From positions 1-55,946 of IMG/VR virus record IMGVR_UViG_3300031772_007968: a stretch of 55,946 nt of DNA. One strand, 5' to 3'. Below, one piece after another: positions 1-10,299 of this stretch (positions are counted from its first letter, which is position 1; every line of letters starts with the position of its first letter). The notes beneath the pieces were generated by a model. The model made no database searches, had not been told where the DNA came from, and was given only the letters and a program-made list of their open reading frames with translations. A program made the position numbers and the translations under genes. This DNA is from a virus. Lineage: Duplodnaviria; Caudoviricetes.

Positions 1-2192
1 GAACTGGCCGAACTGTGGGAGCTTGGGGATGACAAACTTGATACGCTAGAACTGGATGAGCTGACGGACGAACTTGAGCTCGAACTCGATGAGCTGGAAG
101 AAACGCTGGAGCTCGAACTGGACGAGCTGACAGAACTCGATGAACTGGAACTCGAGCTCGAACTAGACGAGCTGACGGACGAACTGGAGCTGGAACTTGA
201 GGAGACGCTGGAGCTCGAAGAGGACGAACTGCTGGAGACGCTGGAGCTGGAAGAAGACGAACTGCTGGAAATGCTGGAGCTGGAACTTGAGGAACTGACC
301 GAGCTCGAACTGGAACTGGAACTGGAAGATGAGCTTGAGCTGGACGAGCTGACGGACGAACTGGAGCTCGACGATGACGAACTGACTGAGGAACTGGAAC
401 TGGATGACGAACTTCCGGACGAACTTGAGCTCTGTGACGAGCTGGAACTGCTTGAGCTTGACGACGAGCTGGAACTGCTGGACGACGAAGTTGAGCTTCC
501 TGGCGACGGGGTTGTCTTCACGACAAACACAAGGCTTCCGAACCCGCTCCACTTCACGTCGAAGAACTCCGCCCCGGCGCTCCGGGTTATCGTCTCTCCG
601 ACGAACGTGAAGACGTGTCGTCCGCCTTGGGCGTCGTCGGCGTCCCAGACGAACGACCCGCCCTCGTTGGCGACTTGGAAGTTGACGAAGTTCTTGACGA
701 CATATCCGGTGGTTCCTTCGCCCCCCGTGTAACGGACGCTGCACGTCGAACAGAGGAGATTGACTTCTTCGTCGGGGGCCAAGTCATAATGGCACAGGCT
801 GGACGACGATTCGGAGGACGGGGTTGAGGACGACTCGGAGGACTGGCTTGATGACGACGCCGACGACAGGGACGACTGGCTTGACGACGACACCGAGGAC
901 TGGCTGCTGCTTGTCGGAAGGGCATGCGTGCTGGAGCTTTCCGACGACTGGCTTGAGCTTGTCGGAAGGGCATGCGTGCTGGAGCTTGACGACGCGCTGG
1001 ACAGGGACGAACCGGAGCTGCTGGTGGACATGGCATGCGTGCTGGAGCTTGACGACGATCCCGATGAGCTTGAGCTCGTCGTCATAACCAGCGTGCTGGA
1101 TGATGCGGACGAGCTCGACGAGCTTGACTCGAATTCCGGGTCGGAGCCTTCCGCGACATACAGAGACCCTGAGACGTTGCACGCGACGCCGATGACGTAG
1201 TTAGGCGACCCCGTCCACGTCCTGATCGTCCCCGGGACGCCGTTTTTGTTTATCCTCAAAAGCCTGCTCTTGACGGAGGGCGGCGGATCGTAGTCTATGA
1301 CATAAAAGTCTCCGCTTGGATCCACGTCGCAATACTTCAACGTCTGGTAGGTGCTTGTCCATGCGTCCCCGATGTGCCATCCAGTGGCTCCGCTCCCCGA
1401 AAAGTGGTGGACATACCAGTCGGAGGTGATGGTCTTCACCTTGTGGTTGCCGCTGTCGGTGACAAACGTCCGACCCGAGCGGTCGCATGCCACGCCGTAG
1501 GGTTTCCTGAAGCGGGCCGCGTTCCCCATGCCTATCACGTCTCCTGGGATCCCGTCTCCGGCTACCGTGTGGACCCATTCGCCAGTTATGATCCTGACGG
1601 CGTGGTTCTTGGTGTCAGCCACCCAGACGTTCCCAGACGGGTCAACCGCCACGTCATAGGGGCTGCGGAACATGGCCAAATCACCCAGACCGGATGATGA
1701 CGAACTTGATCCCGGCTCGGCTGGGATATACCACGGCTTCCACACATACCCGTCAACGAATCCAGCGAGGCCAGTCGGGTCGCCAGCCAGGAGGCTGACG
1801 TTCCTGTTTGAGTCAATCTTCCGGATCTGGTTGTTGCCGACGTCGGCAACATAGACGTTGCCCGACCGGTCGCATGCCACTCCACCCGGATCCTTGAACC
1901 GTGCGTTGTATGCCGTGACCACCGACATTCCGTTGTTGCCCCAGACGCCAGCCTTGCCGGCATATGTTGACACCCTACCCGAGGGCTCGATCTTGAGTAT
2001 GATGTGTTTGACGGAATCGGAACAGTATATGTTGCCGGACGGGTCAACGGCCACTCCGCACAGGGCAACGCTCCCTCCGACATATCCGCCCTTGCCGTTG
2101 AGGAGATCGTTTTCGCCAAGGATTATGCTTCCGGAGTTGCCCACTGAGGACACATAACCCTTCTCATATCTTGTCAATCTGTTGAAAGCCAT
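1..2192 (-). CDS. NHL-repeat (beta-propeller) protein with long poly-Ser tracts; truncated at the left window edge; absent from the ORF track
   Basis: Manual translation from ATG 2192 (MAFNRLTRYEKG...) stays open to position 1. NHL repeats: GVAVDPSGNIYCSD, PGGVACDRSGNVYVADVGNNQIRKI, PYDVAVDPSGNVWVADTKNHAVR, PYGVACDRSGRTFVTDSGNHKVK. Ser-rich blocks lie at ~790-1130 and 1-500. Confidence 0.88.
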   Translation of the reverse strand, partial: MAFNRLTRYEKGYVSSVGNSGSIILGENDLLNGKGGYVGGSVALCGVAVDPSGNIYCSDSVKHIILKIEPSGRVSTYAGKAGVWGNNGMSVVTAYNARFKDPGGVACDRSGNVYVADVGNNQIRKIDSNRNVSLLAGDPTGLAGFVDGYVWKPWYIPAEPGSSSSSSGLGDLAMFRSPYDVAVDPSGNVWVADTKNHAVRIITGEWVHTVAGDGIPGDVIGMGNAARFRKPYGVACDRSGRTFVTDSGNHKVKTITSDWYVHHFSGSGATGWHIGDAWTSTYQTLKYCDVDPSGDFYVIDYDPPPSVKSRLLRINKNGVPGTIRTWTGSPNYVIGVACNVSGSLYVAEGSDPEFESSSSSSSASSSTLVMTTSSSSSGSSSSSSTHAMSTSSSGSSLSSASSSSSTHALPTSSSQSSESSSTHALPTSSSQSSVSSSSQSSLSSASSSSQSSESSSTPSSESSSSLCHYDLAPDEEVNLLCSTCSVRYTGGEGTTGYVVKNFVNFQVANEGGSFVWDADDAQGGRHVFTFVGETITRSAGAEFFDVKWSGFGSLVFVVKTTPSPGSSTSSSSSSSSSSSSSSSSSSQSSSSSGSSSSSSSSSVSSSSSSSSSSVSSSSSSSSSSSSSSSSSVSSSSSSSSISSSSSSSSSSVSSSSSSSSSSVSSSSSSSSSVSSSSSSSSSSSSSSVSSSSSSSSVSSSSSSSSSSSSVSSSSSSVSSLSSPSSHSSAS

Positions 2193-2201
2193 AGCGGTCC
2201 A

Positions 2202-2290
2202 TTGCTGTTTAATGACTTTCTTCTTGGGAAGGGGGCTAAAACCCTTTGCTGTTTAATGACTTTCTTCTTGGGAAGGGGGCTAAAACCCTT
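2202..2290. repeat. Perfect 44-bp tandem duplication upstream of the NHL/poly-Ser gene
   Basis: ttgctgtttaatgactttcttcttgggaagggggctaaaaccct at 2202-2245 and 2246-2289. Confidence 0.95.
2219..2290 (-). promoter_or_regulatory. Two copies of the AAGG-N19-GAAGA promoter-like motif
   Basis: Minus strand AAGG 2290-2287 with GAAGA 2267-2263; second copy 2246-2219; upstream of ATG 2192. Confidence 0.6.
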
Positions 2291-2352
2291 GATGCGGCAA
2301 TGCAAACATAAACGATGGGAGCGACTCCAGAGGAATGGCCATGGGACGGTTT

Positions 2353-4431
2353 TCAGTCGTACAACGGGATTTCTTGGTATCCCATAAGGCTGCTTCCCCT
2401 CGACATGTAGTCGTAGGTCTTGGGGAGATGCCTCATTATGACGGCTGGATCGAAGCCGCAACGGCTGATGTTGCCTATCCCGCCGTGATACGACGCGAGC
2501 ATCAGGGGAACCTGGTCGGTCTTCCATTTGTCCCTGTTGGCGTCGAGGAAAGTCTTGATGTCCACGAGGTACTGTTGGCCGAACATCCTGTTGACCTTGC
2601 TGTCAAACCGGTATTTATTCCATGGGTACTTGCCGGCAAAATGCTTTCGGTTCAGTTCGTTCCACGTGGGCTCCATCAGCTGCATGTCGCCCGCGGCGCC
2701 TTTTGAGCTGACTTGCTTCCTCGGGTCGTATTCCAATGACAGAACGGTATTGAGGAGCTCTTGTGTCACATTGGTTGACTTCGGTTCTCCTTCCGCCTTG
2801 GCTGGCTCATACCAGCGTCTCGGTCTCGACTCGACGCTCTTTGCCGGAGGCTTGGGGGCCAACTGGGCTGGCTTACCGAAAGACCTTTGCTTCGCCGCCT
2901 CCGTTTCCGCGGCTATCATCGTCTTGAGGTCGTCAAGGCTCTTGCGCATGATGAGGATATCGGCGTCCCTTTGCAGATCGAGGTTCTGTGCAACCTCGCT
3001 TCCGGACACCCCAAACGACCTCATGGCCGTCGGCAGCGTCATCATCCCCATCATCACGGAAAGGAACATCATGACGATCGCCTTCTTCTTGTCGGACCAG
3101 TCGGCCGTCTTGACAAGCGCGGCAATCGTTCCAGGGAACGATCCGAAGACATCGGTTCCGCTCATTTCTTCCTGCATTTCCGTCAGCATTTCCACGGCTC
3201 TCTCGTTGCTGCCCATCTCGTGCATTGCTTTGGCGAAGGCCAAGAAACGTTCGTCTGCGGATCCTTCCAGACCATGCGATTCGATTACCGGGAAGATAAC
3301 ATCATAAGCTGGCACAGAAAAGTCCAAATTTCCGGTAAAGGCCATTATACTGTCTGACTTCCACGACACTGGATTGCGTATGAAGTCATCAGCCATAAGA
3401 TCGAAGACCTGCTTGGAGCCAGTTGAGGCAAGGGCAAGTCTGAGCTTGGAGGCGGCCGATGGGTGGGACAGGGGATCCTCCATCAGCTTCCTGTAGAGCT
3501 TGACCCTTTCCATTTCGGAGAGGGACGGGTTTTCAGCCATACCAACGACGGCGTGTTCAAGAATGGAGGCGGCATCCTCTGTAAGGATGTCTTCCGAACA
3601 CGACAGGATCGCCTGAATCGCCTCAATGTTGGTGAAGCTTCCCATCGTAGCCTTCATGGAGAGGAGTTTGTTCCTGACATAGCTCGGTGCCGGCTGGGTT
3701 TGGCTCTCTGGAAGGCCACGTCCAAAGACGGCGGTTGGATTGTAGGCTATGGCTACAAGGGAGTCGGGATGATATTTCGTGGATTCCAAGAGCGCAGGTA
3801 TCGGGTTGGATCTCCATCCGTTCTTCATGGCGGCCTTACCGATTACGATGCCGCTGTTGTTGTTGTTCCAGACCATGCCGTAGGTCCCCTCCAATTCCTT
3901 CATTTGTGCCAAAAACATGCGGAAAATCCCAGTACCCTCAGCTCCTCGCCACCGCTCCGGCAGCAGACCGTATTGCTGTGCTATCGCGTCAACAACGGGA
4001 AGGGGAGTTCCGTTGGTCATGAACATATAGGCCGCCATCCCCGCCGAATCGTCTGAAAGGGCTATAGCCTGCAGTGCGGACTCGTCGGAATGGTCGCAGC
4101 TTCCGGTTCGGTCACAATGACTCAGTATCTCCTTCAGCAGCGCCAGGAGAGCACCTCGGTCAAGGTTGGACATATTCTGCCTGATTAGCTTCAATGAGGC
4201 CTTTGTGAGTTCCGGAACGTCGGCTACGGATTGTTCTCGGTACAGGTTGATGAACAGCTTCAGAGCCTCCCTCGGCGGCCAAGAATACGAAGACACGTGG
4301 CCAACAACGTCCCTTGTGACAGATGGGGAGTTCCTCGCCATCTCCACAAGCTGGCTTGGGGTTTTGCCTGCGAATCTGCTTGAAAGCACCGTGATTTTCA
4401 TAGACAATGAACCGGAAATGAGAACCGCCAC
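2353..4431 (-). CDS. Large protein with C-terminal lytic transglycosylase (SLT) domain, probably virion-associated
   Basis: SLT motifs LSLEY...SSKGAAGDMQLMEPTW...MLASYHGGIGN; internal hydrophobic helix AIVMMFLSVMMGMM; start may be ATG 4401. Confidence 0.8.
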   Translation of the reverse strand: MAVLISGSLSMKITVLSSRFAGKTPSQLVEMARNSPSVTRDVVGHVSSYSWPPREALKLFINLYREQSVADVPELTKASLKLIRQNMSNLDRGALLALLKEILSHCDRTGSCDHSDESALQAIALSDDSAGMAAYMFMTNGTPLPVVDAIAQQYGLLPERWRGAEGTGIFRMFLAQMKELEGTYGMVWNNNNSGIVIGKAAMKNGWRSNPIPALLESTKYHPDSLVAIAYNPTAVFGRGLPESQTQPAPSYVRNKLLSMKATMGSFTNIEAIQAILSCSEDILTEDAASILEHAVVGMAENPSLSEMERVKLYRKLMEDPLSHPSAASKLRLALASTGSKQVFDLMADDFIRNPVSWKSDSIMAFTGNLDFSVPAYDVIFPVIESHGLEGSADERFLAFAKAMHEMGSNERAVEMLTEMQEEMSGTDVFGSFPGTIAALVKTADWSDKKKAIVMMFLSVMMGMMTLPTAMRSFGVSGSEVAQNLDLQRDADILIMRKSLDDLKTMIAAETEAAKQRSFGKPAQLAPKPPAKSVESRPRRWYEPAKAEGEPKSTNVTQELLNTVLSLEYDPRKQVSSKGAAGDMQLMEPTWNELNRKHFAGKYPWNKYRFDSKVNRMFGQQYLVDIKTFLDANRDKWKTDQVPLMLASYHGGIGNISRCGFDPAVIMRHLPKTYDYMSRGSSLMGYQEIPLYD

Positions 4432-4518
4432 TGGATATTCTTTCCTTCACAGCACGCCTTATTCCTCCGAAGTGACCCCCAGCCATGCAAGTCCGGTGCG
4501 GTTTAACCCGACAGGCTG

Positions 4519-4524
4519 TATAAT
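4519..4524 (+). promoter_or_regulatory. sigma70-like -10 box (TGTATAAT)
   Basis: TATAAT in the divergent intergenic gap before 4565. Confidence 0.5.
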
Positions 4525-4564
4525 GCGTGCGAGACGTTTTATTTCATCCGCTTTGGAGAAAACG

Positions 4565-5068
4565 ATGAACAAACTGTGCAAGCAGCCGAGTATGAGGGAC
4601 ATTTTGTCGAAGGTCGTTAAGTCGGCGGCGAAAATCAGGGTGGAGGACGTCAGCCCTAACGGAGACGTCGTCTTTTCCGCCAACCTTGACGATCTGGGGA
4701 TAACGCAGAACGACCTGAAGCACCCCATTCTCAGAACGAGGTTCTTCGTGAACTTCGTCGGGGAGCTTTTTGTCCGAAACAACGTCGAGACGTTTGCGGG
4801 CATACTCACCGGATTCGACCCCAAGCTCTATGACAAGATCATCTGCAACTGCAAGCACACAGACTTCGGGATGAGCGTCAACAACGCCGAAAGGCTGGCG
4901 AGGTGGCAGATGCACATTTCTCTCGTCCAGCAGATACTCACCGAGGACTACGACCGCGTCCTCGAATGCATACCTCAGACGGCCGGGTCGGCGGGTTTGA
5001 CGGGCATGGCAAAATCCGAGACGATAGCCGAGGAAGAGGAAGTCAGCTCCGAGGAGGACGATGAATGA
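4565..5068 (+). CDS. Hypothetical protein with acidic C-terminus
   Basis: 3' part of ORF 4166-5068; GGAG RBS before ATG 4565 avoids overlap with the SLT gene; ATGA overlap with the next gene. Confidence 0.7.
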   Translation: MNKLCKQPSMRDILSKVVKSAAKIRVEDVSPNGDVVFSANLDDLGITQNDLKHPILRTRFFVNFVGELFVRNNVETFAGILTGFDPKLYDKIICNCKHTDFGMSVNNAERLARWQMHISLVQQILTEDYDRVLECIPQTAGSAGLTGMAKSETIAEEEEVSSEEDDE

Positions 5069-6255
5069 CCGCCGACGCAAACGACGCCCCACAACAGCAA
5101 GCGTTGACTTCGAGCGAATGGCCCAGGATCAGCCTGAAGAAGCTTGAGATCGTCAACTTCGGCAAACACAAAAACGTCGTCGTCGACTTCACGCACCATG
5201 GAGGGGTTATGGGGCTGGCGTGCCTTGTCGGGCCGAACGGGACTGGCAAGACCACGATCCTGAACGCCGTCCAGAACTTGTGCTCCAACTTTTCGGAATA
5301 CGACGAGCAGAGATATTTCGGCCTCATGTGCAAGTCGGTGCACGACGTGACGAACATGACTCCCGTTCAGCTTCTGAAGCTCAGGGAAGAGCCGCACATG
5401 ATGCTCAGGGGGACGTTCCAAATCGTCTCTGGAAACGAGTCCGGAACATATACCGTCGAACTGAACCAGATCCGGCCGGTGTCAACGCACCCAGAGTTCG
5501 TCCACGCAAGGATAATCAACTACTGCTTTTACGCTCGGTTCGACATGGAGCTGCACATGTTCCAGCTCAAGAGGAGCAGATGGCCGGCATTCAAGGAGCT
5601 CTTCTCCACCATTACCGGCTTCCCAGTCGAGGAGGACGACACTATCTTCAGCATGAGCTCCGACAGCAACTTCGAAAAGTCCCTGAAGGAATATGTTATG
5701 GGGTTCAGGATCAGGAAGGGCAACGACGTGTTCACGCAACGTCAGTGCAGTTCCGGCGAGAGGAAGATAGCCAAGTGCTTCTCCACGATCCTCAACAAGG
5801 ACATCCCGCCGTCCATCATCCTCATTGACAACGCCACGATGCATGTCGAGGTCGGACGCCACATTTCAGTCATCGAGAGTCTGGAGAAGTGCTTCCCTGA
5901 GAGCCAGATCATCGCCACCTGCCATAGCGTCCCGGTCGCGAAGTCCCTGCCGAGGAGGGAAAGGCTTATGGATATGAGGTTCCTGGATACCCCCCAGTGG
6001 ATCAGGGACGAGCCTTGGCGGCTCAGGCTGATTGACGACGTTTCCGAGACAGTGGAGAGGCTCCGCAACGCTGGCATGGGACAAAAGGCGGACGAGGGGT
6101 CTGCCATCCTTGCGTCGTTGCAGTCGGCTCCGACATGCGACACCGTCTACGACGACTTTGTCAAGCCGTCCTGCGAATTCCTGTCACAAGCCCCCTTCCT
6201 GCTTATGGAGGACCTCCATTCCACACCTCTCCCGAAACTTGGCCGCATTGTCTGA
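5065..6255 (+). CDS. ABC-class ATPase (AAA_15/AAA_21, SbcC-like head)
   Basis: N-terminal LKKLEIVNFG, Walker A GPNGTGKT, signature CSSGE, Walker B variant IILIDN, switch ATCHS. Confidence 0.85.
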   Translation: MTADANDAPQQQALTSSEWPRISLKKLEIVNFGKHKNVVVDFTHHGGVMGLACLVGPNGTGKTTILNAVQNLCSNFSEYDEQRYFGLMCKSVHDVTNMTPVQLLKLREEPHMMLRGTFQIVSGNESGTYTVELNQIRPVSTHPEFVHARIINYCFYARFDMELHMFQLKRSRWPAFKELFSTITGFPVEEDDTIFSMSSDSNFEKSLKEYVMGFRIRKGNDVFTQRQCSSGERKIAKCFSTILNKDIPPSIILIDNATMHVEVGRHISVIESLEKCFPESQIIATCHSVPVAKSLPRRERLMDMRFLDTPQWIRDEPWRLRLIDDVSETVERLRNAGMGQKADEGSAILASLQSAPTCDTVYDDFVKPSCEFLSQAPFLLMEDLHSTPLPKLGRIV

Positions 6256-6270
6256 TGCCGGCCGGTATGG

Positions 6271-6298
6271 AAGGGATTTGGGGTATAATACGCGAAGA
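6271..6298 (+). promoter_or_regulatory. AAGG-N19-GAAGA motif with overlapping TATAAT (6284-6289)
   Basis: Read directly, upstream of ATG 6324. Confidence 0.55.
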
Positions 6299-6323
6299 AT
6301 CAAGAAGCGGAGCTTTACTGACT

Positions 6324-7652
6324 ATGTTCATAACCGTGGCCAAAACAGATGGCGGATATGTGTTCGCGGCCGGAGACAATCCTTCCGACGAACCCGGAGC
6401 GTTCTTCCAGTCGCAGGAAGACTTCTTCCTTGTGAACGGACTGCCGTCGACCTATGGAACCTACGGTGAGGCTCACGCCTATGCTCACAGGCTTGTCAGA
6501 TCCATGCCGTCAATAGTCATGGCGAAAAAGGCATGGCATTACCGAACCGCCATCGAAAGCACCCCCATCCTTCTGGGATCCGAGGAGAATACCGTTTCCC
6601 TCTACAACGACCAGGTCAACATCGTCGGTGAGCGCGTTACCGATTGGAAATCAATGGATCCTGAGGATCAGGAGAAGGAGGGCGAGATATTGGCCAGCGA
6701 GATGGACGGGATCGTCGCCAACATAGAAAGCGTCCTTCAGCAGGTCGAGGAAGACGAGAACACCGAAGAGCTTGCAGACCTTGTGGAAAAAATCAAGGAC
6801 ATGAGGAAGCAGGTCACCGGGGAAGACCCCGACGAAGAGGGCAAGGAAAACGGGGAACTGTCCCTGCCTGAACTTCCCGAGGCGATGCCGGCGGCGGCCA
6901 TTCCGCCTGCCGGTTTGGGTTCGACTGGAAGCGTGAAACAGTCATGTTCCTGCGGACACCAAGCCATACGCGACGGCTTGGCAGAGTCCGCCGTCAGGGC
7001 GTTCGCGGAGGCGGCTATGTGCGCCGTGCAGCCAGCCCACCCCGAAGTCTTCGTTGGGCTGGCGACAAGGCATCCAGACGGCGGATACGAAGTCGGCCTT
7101 TCGGAGCCGGTTGACGGTGGCGTGAGGGATGTTGTTTCACTCCAGTTCGACGACAGGCTGCTGCTGAAGAGGATCGTGCCGTCACAGTCCACCCACAAAA
7201 GGTGCTCATACGGGTCGGCCGAATTCCTTGAAAAATATTGGGAGCCAGTCGTTTCGGCGGTTGGACACGTCCTTATCGGCGACGCGGACGCCGTTGCCGT
7301 ACCGGCCTTTTCGGGATCGGGATGCGGCGACATGATGGCTTTCAAGGTCTCGGACGGATCGGAATGCCGCATCAGGGTGTCGCCATCCAATGACGGCGCG
7401 TCTTGGTTCGCATCGGAAACGAACGGCGCCAAAACGGCCTCGTCTAGGTTCAAGGATGGCGATCTCAAGCCCGACGAGACGCAGGTCAGGTGCACCAACA
7501 GGGATTTGCCGACATACTATGGAAGAACCGGGACGGTCAGAAAAGTCGCCCCGAAAAGGGATTACGCAGATGTCACAGTTGACTTCATGAGGGGCCTGGG
7601 AGAAGTTGTCCTCACCGACAAGGACATAGAGATTTCACCCATGCCGTCTTGA
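6324..7652 (+). CDS. Hypothetical protein with acidic helical region and possible C-terminal SH3/KOW-like barrel
   Basis: ORF 6135-7652, start refined to ATG 6324 (GGAG upstream); YYGRTGTVRKV...VTVDF at the C-terminus. Confidence 0.7.
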   Translation: MFITVAKTDGGYVFAAGDNPSDEPGAFFQSQEDFFLVNGLPSTYGTYGEAHAYAHRLVRSMPSIVMAKKAWHYRTAIESTPILLGSEENTVSLYNDQVNIVGERVTDWKSMDPEDQEKEGEILASEMDGIVANIESVLQQVEEDENTEELADLVEKIKDMRKQVTGEDPDEEGKENGELSLPELPEAMPAAAIPPAGLGSTGSVKQSCSCGHQAIRDGLAESAVRAFAEAAMCAVQPAHPEVFVGLATRHPDGGYEVGLSEPVDGGVRDVVSLQFDDRLLLKRIVPSQSTHKRCSYGSAEFLEKYWEPVVSAVGHVLIGDADAVAVPAFSGSGCGDMMAFKVSDGSECRIRVSPSNDGASWFASETNGAKTASSRFKDGDLKPDETQVRCTNRDLPTYYGRTGTVRKVAPKRDYADVTVDFMRGLGEVVLTDKDIEISPMPS

Positions 7653-7669
7653 AGCCGAGCCAGCGTCCC

Positions 7670-8536
7670 ATGAAAAAGCTTTTCAAACTCCCGATCTCGG
7701 AGGCACTGCCCACGTTCGTCAGGGATCTTGACGACGGTGTTGTGGCCATAGCATATTCCAAGGAGACCGGCGACCTCCTGTCGGCCAATTTCGCCGACAG
7801 GTCAGTCAGGTTCTGCCTCAAGGACGACAGGATTCTCTTTAGGGTTCCCAGACCGGGGAAGCCTAACGGGTTGTGCGTGTCGGCGGACGGGTTCTCGGCC
7901 ATCGTCAGGGATGACTTGGGCAGGGTCGCTTGGGAAGTCGGCATCGTCACGACCGTTGTCAGGCCGCTTGCCGGCAAGAGGGGCGTTGACGCCTTTTCCG
8001 GCAGGTACAAGCAGGATGACGTTCCGGTTGACAGGATGAACGGGATATGCCAGATCCCCGGTGCCGTTCTTGTAACGGCCGACGACTCGCATTGCCTGTT
8101 CGCGGTGTGCGAAGACAGTGCGGTCAGGCTTGTCGGAGGGAACGGAACAAGGGGATTTTCCATAGCCCCATCCCTCCAGACATCCATGTTGGATTCCCCA
8201 GGCGGAGTGTGCGTTATGTCAAACAAGCTCCTTTGCGTATGCGATTCGGGCAACGCCGCGATCCGCGTCGTCAACCCGTCGGGGATGGGGCATGTCCGCG
8301 TCTTCGGCAATCCCATGCAGAAATCGAAATCTGACGGCGACGCCGCTACGGCCAGGATGGTCAGGCCAGAGGGCATATGTGCCATAGACGGCAAGGCGGC
8401 TTTTATAGACTGCGGGAACAGCATCCGCCTTCTTGACCCCAACGCCCAACTCTTACGGACGCTTTATGAGTCAAAAGGCAGGATCGGATCGGTGGCCTGC
8501 TCTCAGAACGAGATATATTTCACGGAGTCCGCATGA
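7670..8536 (+). CDS. Degenerate NHL/beta-propeller protein
   Basis: PNGLCVS, LDSPGGVCV...VCDSGNAAIRVV, RPEGICA...FIDCGNSIR; ATGA overlap with the terminase. Confidence 0.65.
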   Translation: MKKLFKLPISEALPTFVRDLDDGVVAIAYSKETGDLLSANFADRSVRFCLKDDRILFRVPRPGKPNGLCVSADGFSAIVRDDLGRVAWEVGIVTTVVRPLAGKRGVDAFSGRYKQDDVPVDRMNGICQIPGAVLVTADDSHCLFAVCEDSAVRLVGGNGTRGFSIAPSLQTSMLDSPGGVCVMSNKLLCVCDSGNAAIRVVNPSGMGHVRVFGNPMQKSKSDGDAATARMVRPEGICAIDGKAAFIDCGNSIRLLDPNAQLLRTLYESKGRIGSVACSQNEIYFTESA

Positions 8537-10278
8537 AGACCGGCAAACGACCGCAGAAAAACAAGACGTTGTCGCCCAAGGGTACGATCCGCGACGCCAT
8601 AGCCGAACTGAAGGTGTCGCACGGGCTTGTTGAGCAGGCGTCGTCGTCCGACGACATCGTGGACATCGTCAAGTTCTGCGAACGTCCCGACCTGCTGAAC
8701 CTTCCTGCCAACAACCTGAACCTGTTCATATCGCAACGGGTGGTTCTAAAGTGTCTGTATTTGGGGTCAAGGGGCAACGAGGATCTTCAACTCACCGACG
8801 AGGAGGTGCAGTGGCTAAAAGACAAGAAACAGGACAACGTCCTCAAGATGCTTCATGATCGGTCGAAGGGCGGCGTGAGAAGGAGGGTGTCTGAGCTGAC
8901 GCTGGTTCTCGGGCGGAGAGCCAGCAAGACCGTGATAGCCAGCATCATTTCGGCGTACGAGGTCTACAAGCTGCTCAAGGTCGGCAAAGGCGACCCGTAC
9001 AATTTTTACGGCATAGCCTACGACGAGGAAATCGCCATCTTGAACGTGGCGACGTCCCGCAAACAGGCCGGAAGGTTGTTCGCTCAGATCAAGGCCAGGC
9101 TCAGGAACAGCCCATTCTTCCGAGAGAAGATAGCCAAGGTTACTTCCGACGAAATCAGGCTCTATACTGACATCGACTTGAGGAAGCTGAAGGAGTCCGA
9201 AGACACCGTGCCCGTCGAGGGATCGGTTGTGATTGTGTGCGGACACTCCAATCCTGACTCCCTGCGCGGTTACACCGTGATATGCCTCATCTTCGACGAG
9301 CTTGCGTTCTACGACGAGTCCGAGAAGATCTCCGGAACAGACTTCTATGAGGCTCTGGCACCGTCGGTGCACGATTTCGCATCGCGCGGCGACGGCCTGA
9401 TCGTGGAGATATCGACCCCCGGCCCGAAGACGGGGATATTCTACAAGCTTTGGAAGAACAGCTTCGAGGTCGACGGGATGATGTCGTTCAAGATGGCGAC
9501 ATGGGACTTCAACCCGAACAAGCCGTATGACGACCCAGAACTCACAAAGTTCAGGAAGTTGGATCCCGACGGGTTTGATGTCGAGTTCGGAGCCGAATGG
9601 CCAGAGGGGGGCGTGTACGGCATCTATTTCCCGGAGGAGCTCCTGGCCAAGACGTTGAAGATTGATCTGGCTCCTGAAACCGAACCTGTCTTCGGATGCG
9701 AATACTATATGCACGTCGACCCAGGCCTGTCGGCAGACAGGTACTGCGTCGCCATAGTTAGGAAAACGGTATACCACGACTCTGGTGGAAACCTGTCACC
9801 GAGGGTGATTCTCGCCATGACCAAGGCATATGATCCCGAGAGCCAGGGCGTTGGCCTTAACTATGAGAAGATTGAAGCCGACCTCCTCGACATGTGCCGA
9901 AAGTTCAATCCCATCCTTGTAACCTTCGACCAGTGGAACTCGATTGGGAGCCTTCAGATGCTCCAGAGGAACGGCTTCAACACAAGGCAGACGACCTTCA
10001 ACCGAGGCTACAAGAACAGGATATACCAGAACCTGAAGGATCTCATGGCCAAGCCAGAGCTGGGCCTGTGGCTCTATGACGACCAGCTGTTGATGACGGA
10101 GCTCAGGAACCTGAAATACCGGCCTACGGCCAGGGGGATGAGCATCGGAGCCGACAAGAGGGGTGACTGCCCTACCGACGACATGGCAGACTGCCTCGCC
10201 GGGGCGGCATTCATGGCCTCCGGCCACCATCACGCTAGGCTCCCTGAGGTCCTGACCGTCTATACCGGGATGCGATAA
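8533..10278 (+). CDS. terL: Terminase large subunit
   Basis: Walker A LGRRASKT, Walker B LIFDELA, motif III EISTP, RNase H-like MHVDPG, VTFDQWNS and DDMADCLA. Confidence 0.92.
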   Translation: MKTGKRPQKNKTLSPKGTIRDAIAELKVSHGLVEQASSSDDIVDIVKFCERPDLLNLPANNLNLFISQRVVLKCLYLGSRGNEDLQLTDEEVQWLKDKKQDNVLKMLHDRSKGGVRRRVSELTLVLGRRASKTVIASIISAYEVYKLLKVGKGDPYNFYGIAYDEEIAILNVATSRKQAGRLFAQIKARLRNSPFFREKIAKVTSDEIRLYTDIDLRKLKESEDTVPVEGSVVIVCGHSNPDSLRGYTVICLIFDELAFYDESEKISGTDFYEALAPSVHDFASRGDGLIVEISTPGPKTGIFYKLWKNSFEVDGMMSFKMATWDFNPNKPYDDPELTKFRKLDPDGFDVEFGAEWPEGGVYGIYFPEELLAKTLKIDLAPETEPVFGCEYYMHVDPGLSADRYCVAIVRKTVYHDSGGNLSPRVILAMTKAYDPESQGVGLNYEKIEADLLDMCRKFNPILVTFDQWNSIGSLQMLQRNGFNTRQTTFNRGYKNRIYQNLKDLMAKPELGLWLYDDQLLMTELRNLKYRPTARGMSIGADKRGDCPTDDMADCLAGAAFMASGHHHARLPEVLTVYTGMR

Positions 10279-10299
10279 AAGGAATTTCCTCGGCTTTGG

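Noticed and set aside
163-1200. ELELE/LQFQ-rich ORFs in the track (271-732 +, 163-744 -, 928-1200 +)
   Set aside because: They are shadow frames of the poly-Ser minus-strand gene, which is open from 2192 to the window edge.
2202-2290. CRISPR array
   Set aside because: Two abutting copies with no spacer, and no cas genes in the window.
4436-4467. AAGG-N19-GAATA promoter for the SLT gene
   Set aside because: AAGG and GAATA are present on the minus strand but spaced 16 nt apart, so it was not counted.
4565-8536. Terminase small subunit upstream of terL
   Set aside because: No candidate has recognisable motifs, so none can be assigned.
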